Shown piece by piece: positions 63,082 to 64,000 of a stretch of DNA of 64,000 bases. Position numbers and translations under genes: made by a program. The notes below the pieces were generated by a model. That model was given only the letters and a program-made list of their open reading frames with translations. It did no database searches and was not told the origin of the DNA. The stretch covers positions 6,928 to 70,927 of the IMG/VR virus record IMGVR_UViG_3300044825_003153, one strand, 5' to 3'. Position 1 is the stretch's first letter. Each line of letters opens with the position of its first letter. This stretch comes from a virus.

Positions 63082-63395
63082 GCCCGCCGCTTCCTCGCCG
63101 TGCCCCGAGCGTCTCGCTCCGGGGCTACGACGGGGTGGACCTGGGTGTGCACCGGCTGACCAGCTCGCAAACGCTGTCGCTGGTGGCGCTCGCGGGCGCC
63201 GGCGACAAGGCGCGGGTGTCGATGCGCGGCGTCGGCATCGTGCATGTCGGCGACAAGCGGATCGGGTCGCCCGACCCGGCCGTCTGGCTCAGGCTGGTAG
63301 CGCTCGGGCTCGTAGAGGGCGCCGACGGCCAGATATGGACCACGCCCGACGGCGATGCTCTCGTCCAAGAATGGGTCAAGGCCGCCCAGGCCTAG
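63078..63395 (+). CDS. Hypothetical protein (possible wHTH)
   Basis: ATGA overlap; WLRLVALGLVEG...WTTPDG. Confidence 0.6.
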   Translation: MSPPLPRRAPSVSLRGYDGVDLGVHRLTSSQTLSLVALAGAGDKARVSMRGVGIVHVGDKRIGSPDPAVWLRLVALGLVEGADGQIWTTPDGDALVQEWVKAAQA

Positions 63396-63412
63396 CCCCT
63401 CCCCTGCCCCAC

Positions 63413-63448
63413 GGCCCACGGAATCCCGCGATTTCGTGGGCCCTTTTT
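63413..63448 (+). terminator. Rho-independent terminator
   Basis: GGCCCACG/CGTGGGCC stem followed by CTTTTT. Confidence 0.7.
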
Positions 63449-63497
63449 CGTGGGCCTCACCATCCCAGCAACCCGTACCCCAGCAAGGACCCCACTG

Positions 63498-64000
63498 ATG
63501 TCTCAAGCACTCGACAATGTCGTGGCGATTGCGCACGACGTCGCCTTCCGCCGCGTCCAGGCATGGCGCGAGGACGGCAAGATGCACGGCAGCGTCGACG
63601 ACGCCCGCCTGCTGCAGAAGCTGCTGCTCCTGTTCGCCGCCGAGGCAGCCGATACCTTCGGCGCCGGCTTTGACGCCCGTTCGCCGATCTCCCGCGGCAC
63701 GATGGAGCACTTCGCGAAGGCGCTGCGCGAGCGGGCGGCCGAGATCCCCGTCGAGGGCGAGAACCTCGATTGGCGGGTCGGCAAGTCGCCGGCCTCCCCG
63801 GCGGCACCCCAGGCCGAGCCTCCGGCCCGCCAGTGGCGGCAAGGCTCGCCGCCGGAAGATCCGGACCTGCTGATCGAGGTCCAGACGACCGAGATCTACC
63901 GGTTCCGCCACTACAAGCCGGACGGCGCGCGGCAGATGGGCAAGCCCGGCCGCTGGCAGAAGCTCAACCCCTACGGCGGGTTCGACAACGCCGAGCTCGT
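63498..64000 (+). CDS. Hypothetical protein, runs off the window edge
   Basis: Manual translation MSQALDNVVAIAHDVAFRR..., open to 64000, preceded by two CCCAGCAA boxes. Confidence 0.65.
   Translation, partial: MSQALDNVVAIAHDVAFRRVQAWREDGKMHGSVDDARLLQKLLLLFAAEAADTFGAGFDARSPISRGTMEHFAKALRERAAEIPVEGENLDWRVGKSPASPAAPQAEPPARQWRQGSPPEDPDLLIEVQTTEIYRFRHYKPDGARQMGKPGRWQKLNPYGGFDNAEL

Larger units (their letters stand above)
49620..63485 (+). repeat. Dispersed structured leader repeat (hairpin, GGTGC..GCACC hairpin, CCCAGCAACGGAG, start codon)
   Basis: Copies at about 49620, 50035, 50735, 51025, 52304, 53122, 53793, 53910, 54400, 55640, 57160, 57598, 59357, 60570, 61030 and 63455. Confidence 0.9.

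Noticed and set aside
49620-63500. CRISPR array or integron attC array
   Set aside because: The repeats are not identical, the 'spacers' are whole genes, there are no cas genes or integron integrase, and no RYYYAAC/GTTRRRY cores are evident.
1-64000. Integrase, att site or replicative polymerase/helicase
   Set aside because: No tyrosine or serine recombinase or replication motifs found. They may lie outside the window.

Overview
GC-rich tailed dsDNA phage or prophage with a siphovirus-type tail. The gene families suggest an alphaproteobacterial host (inference). Layout: (1) 1-1.5 kb, divergent cro-like/cI-like switch with 17-bp operators. (2) 1.9-14.2 kb, recombination and accessory genes: PD-(D/E)XK nuclease, RecT, Rad50-like ATPase, TerB, a catalytically degenerate DEDDh exonuclease, a secreted metzincin, a metallophosphoesterase and an Imm protein. 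(3) 14.3-48.2 kb, a minus-strand late operon: TerS, TerL, portal, MuF, protease, HK97 capsid, neck, tail, tape measure, tail tip, fibres, lysis genes and a protein with 30 tandem 22-aa repeats. (4) 48.4-49.1 kb, a strand-biased low-complexity repeat tract. (5) 49.6-64 kb, a plus-strand array of small genes. No integrase, DNA polymerase or CRISPR array is visible. Two observations stand out. First, a repeated, covarying two-hairpin leader ending in CCCAGCAACGGAG precedes many genes of the 49.6-64 kb array; its CCAGCAAC core precedes 18 non-structural starts and no virion gene. Second, adjacent head genes carry effector-like cargo: the portal is fused to an HExxH zincin, and MuF is fused to an Acb1-like 2H phosphoesterase. 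All family assignments come from motif recognition, not database searches.
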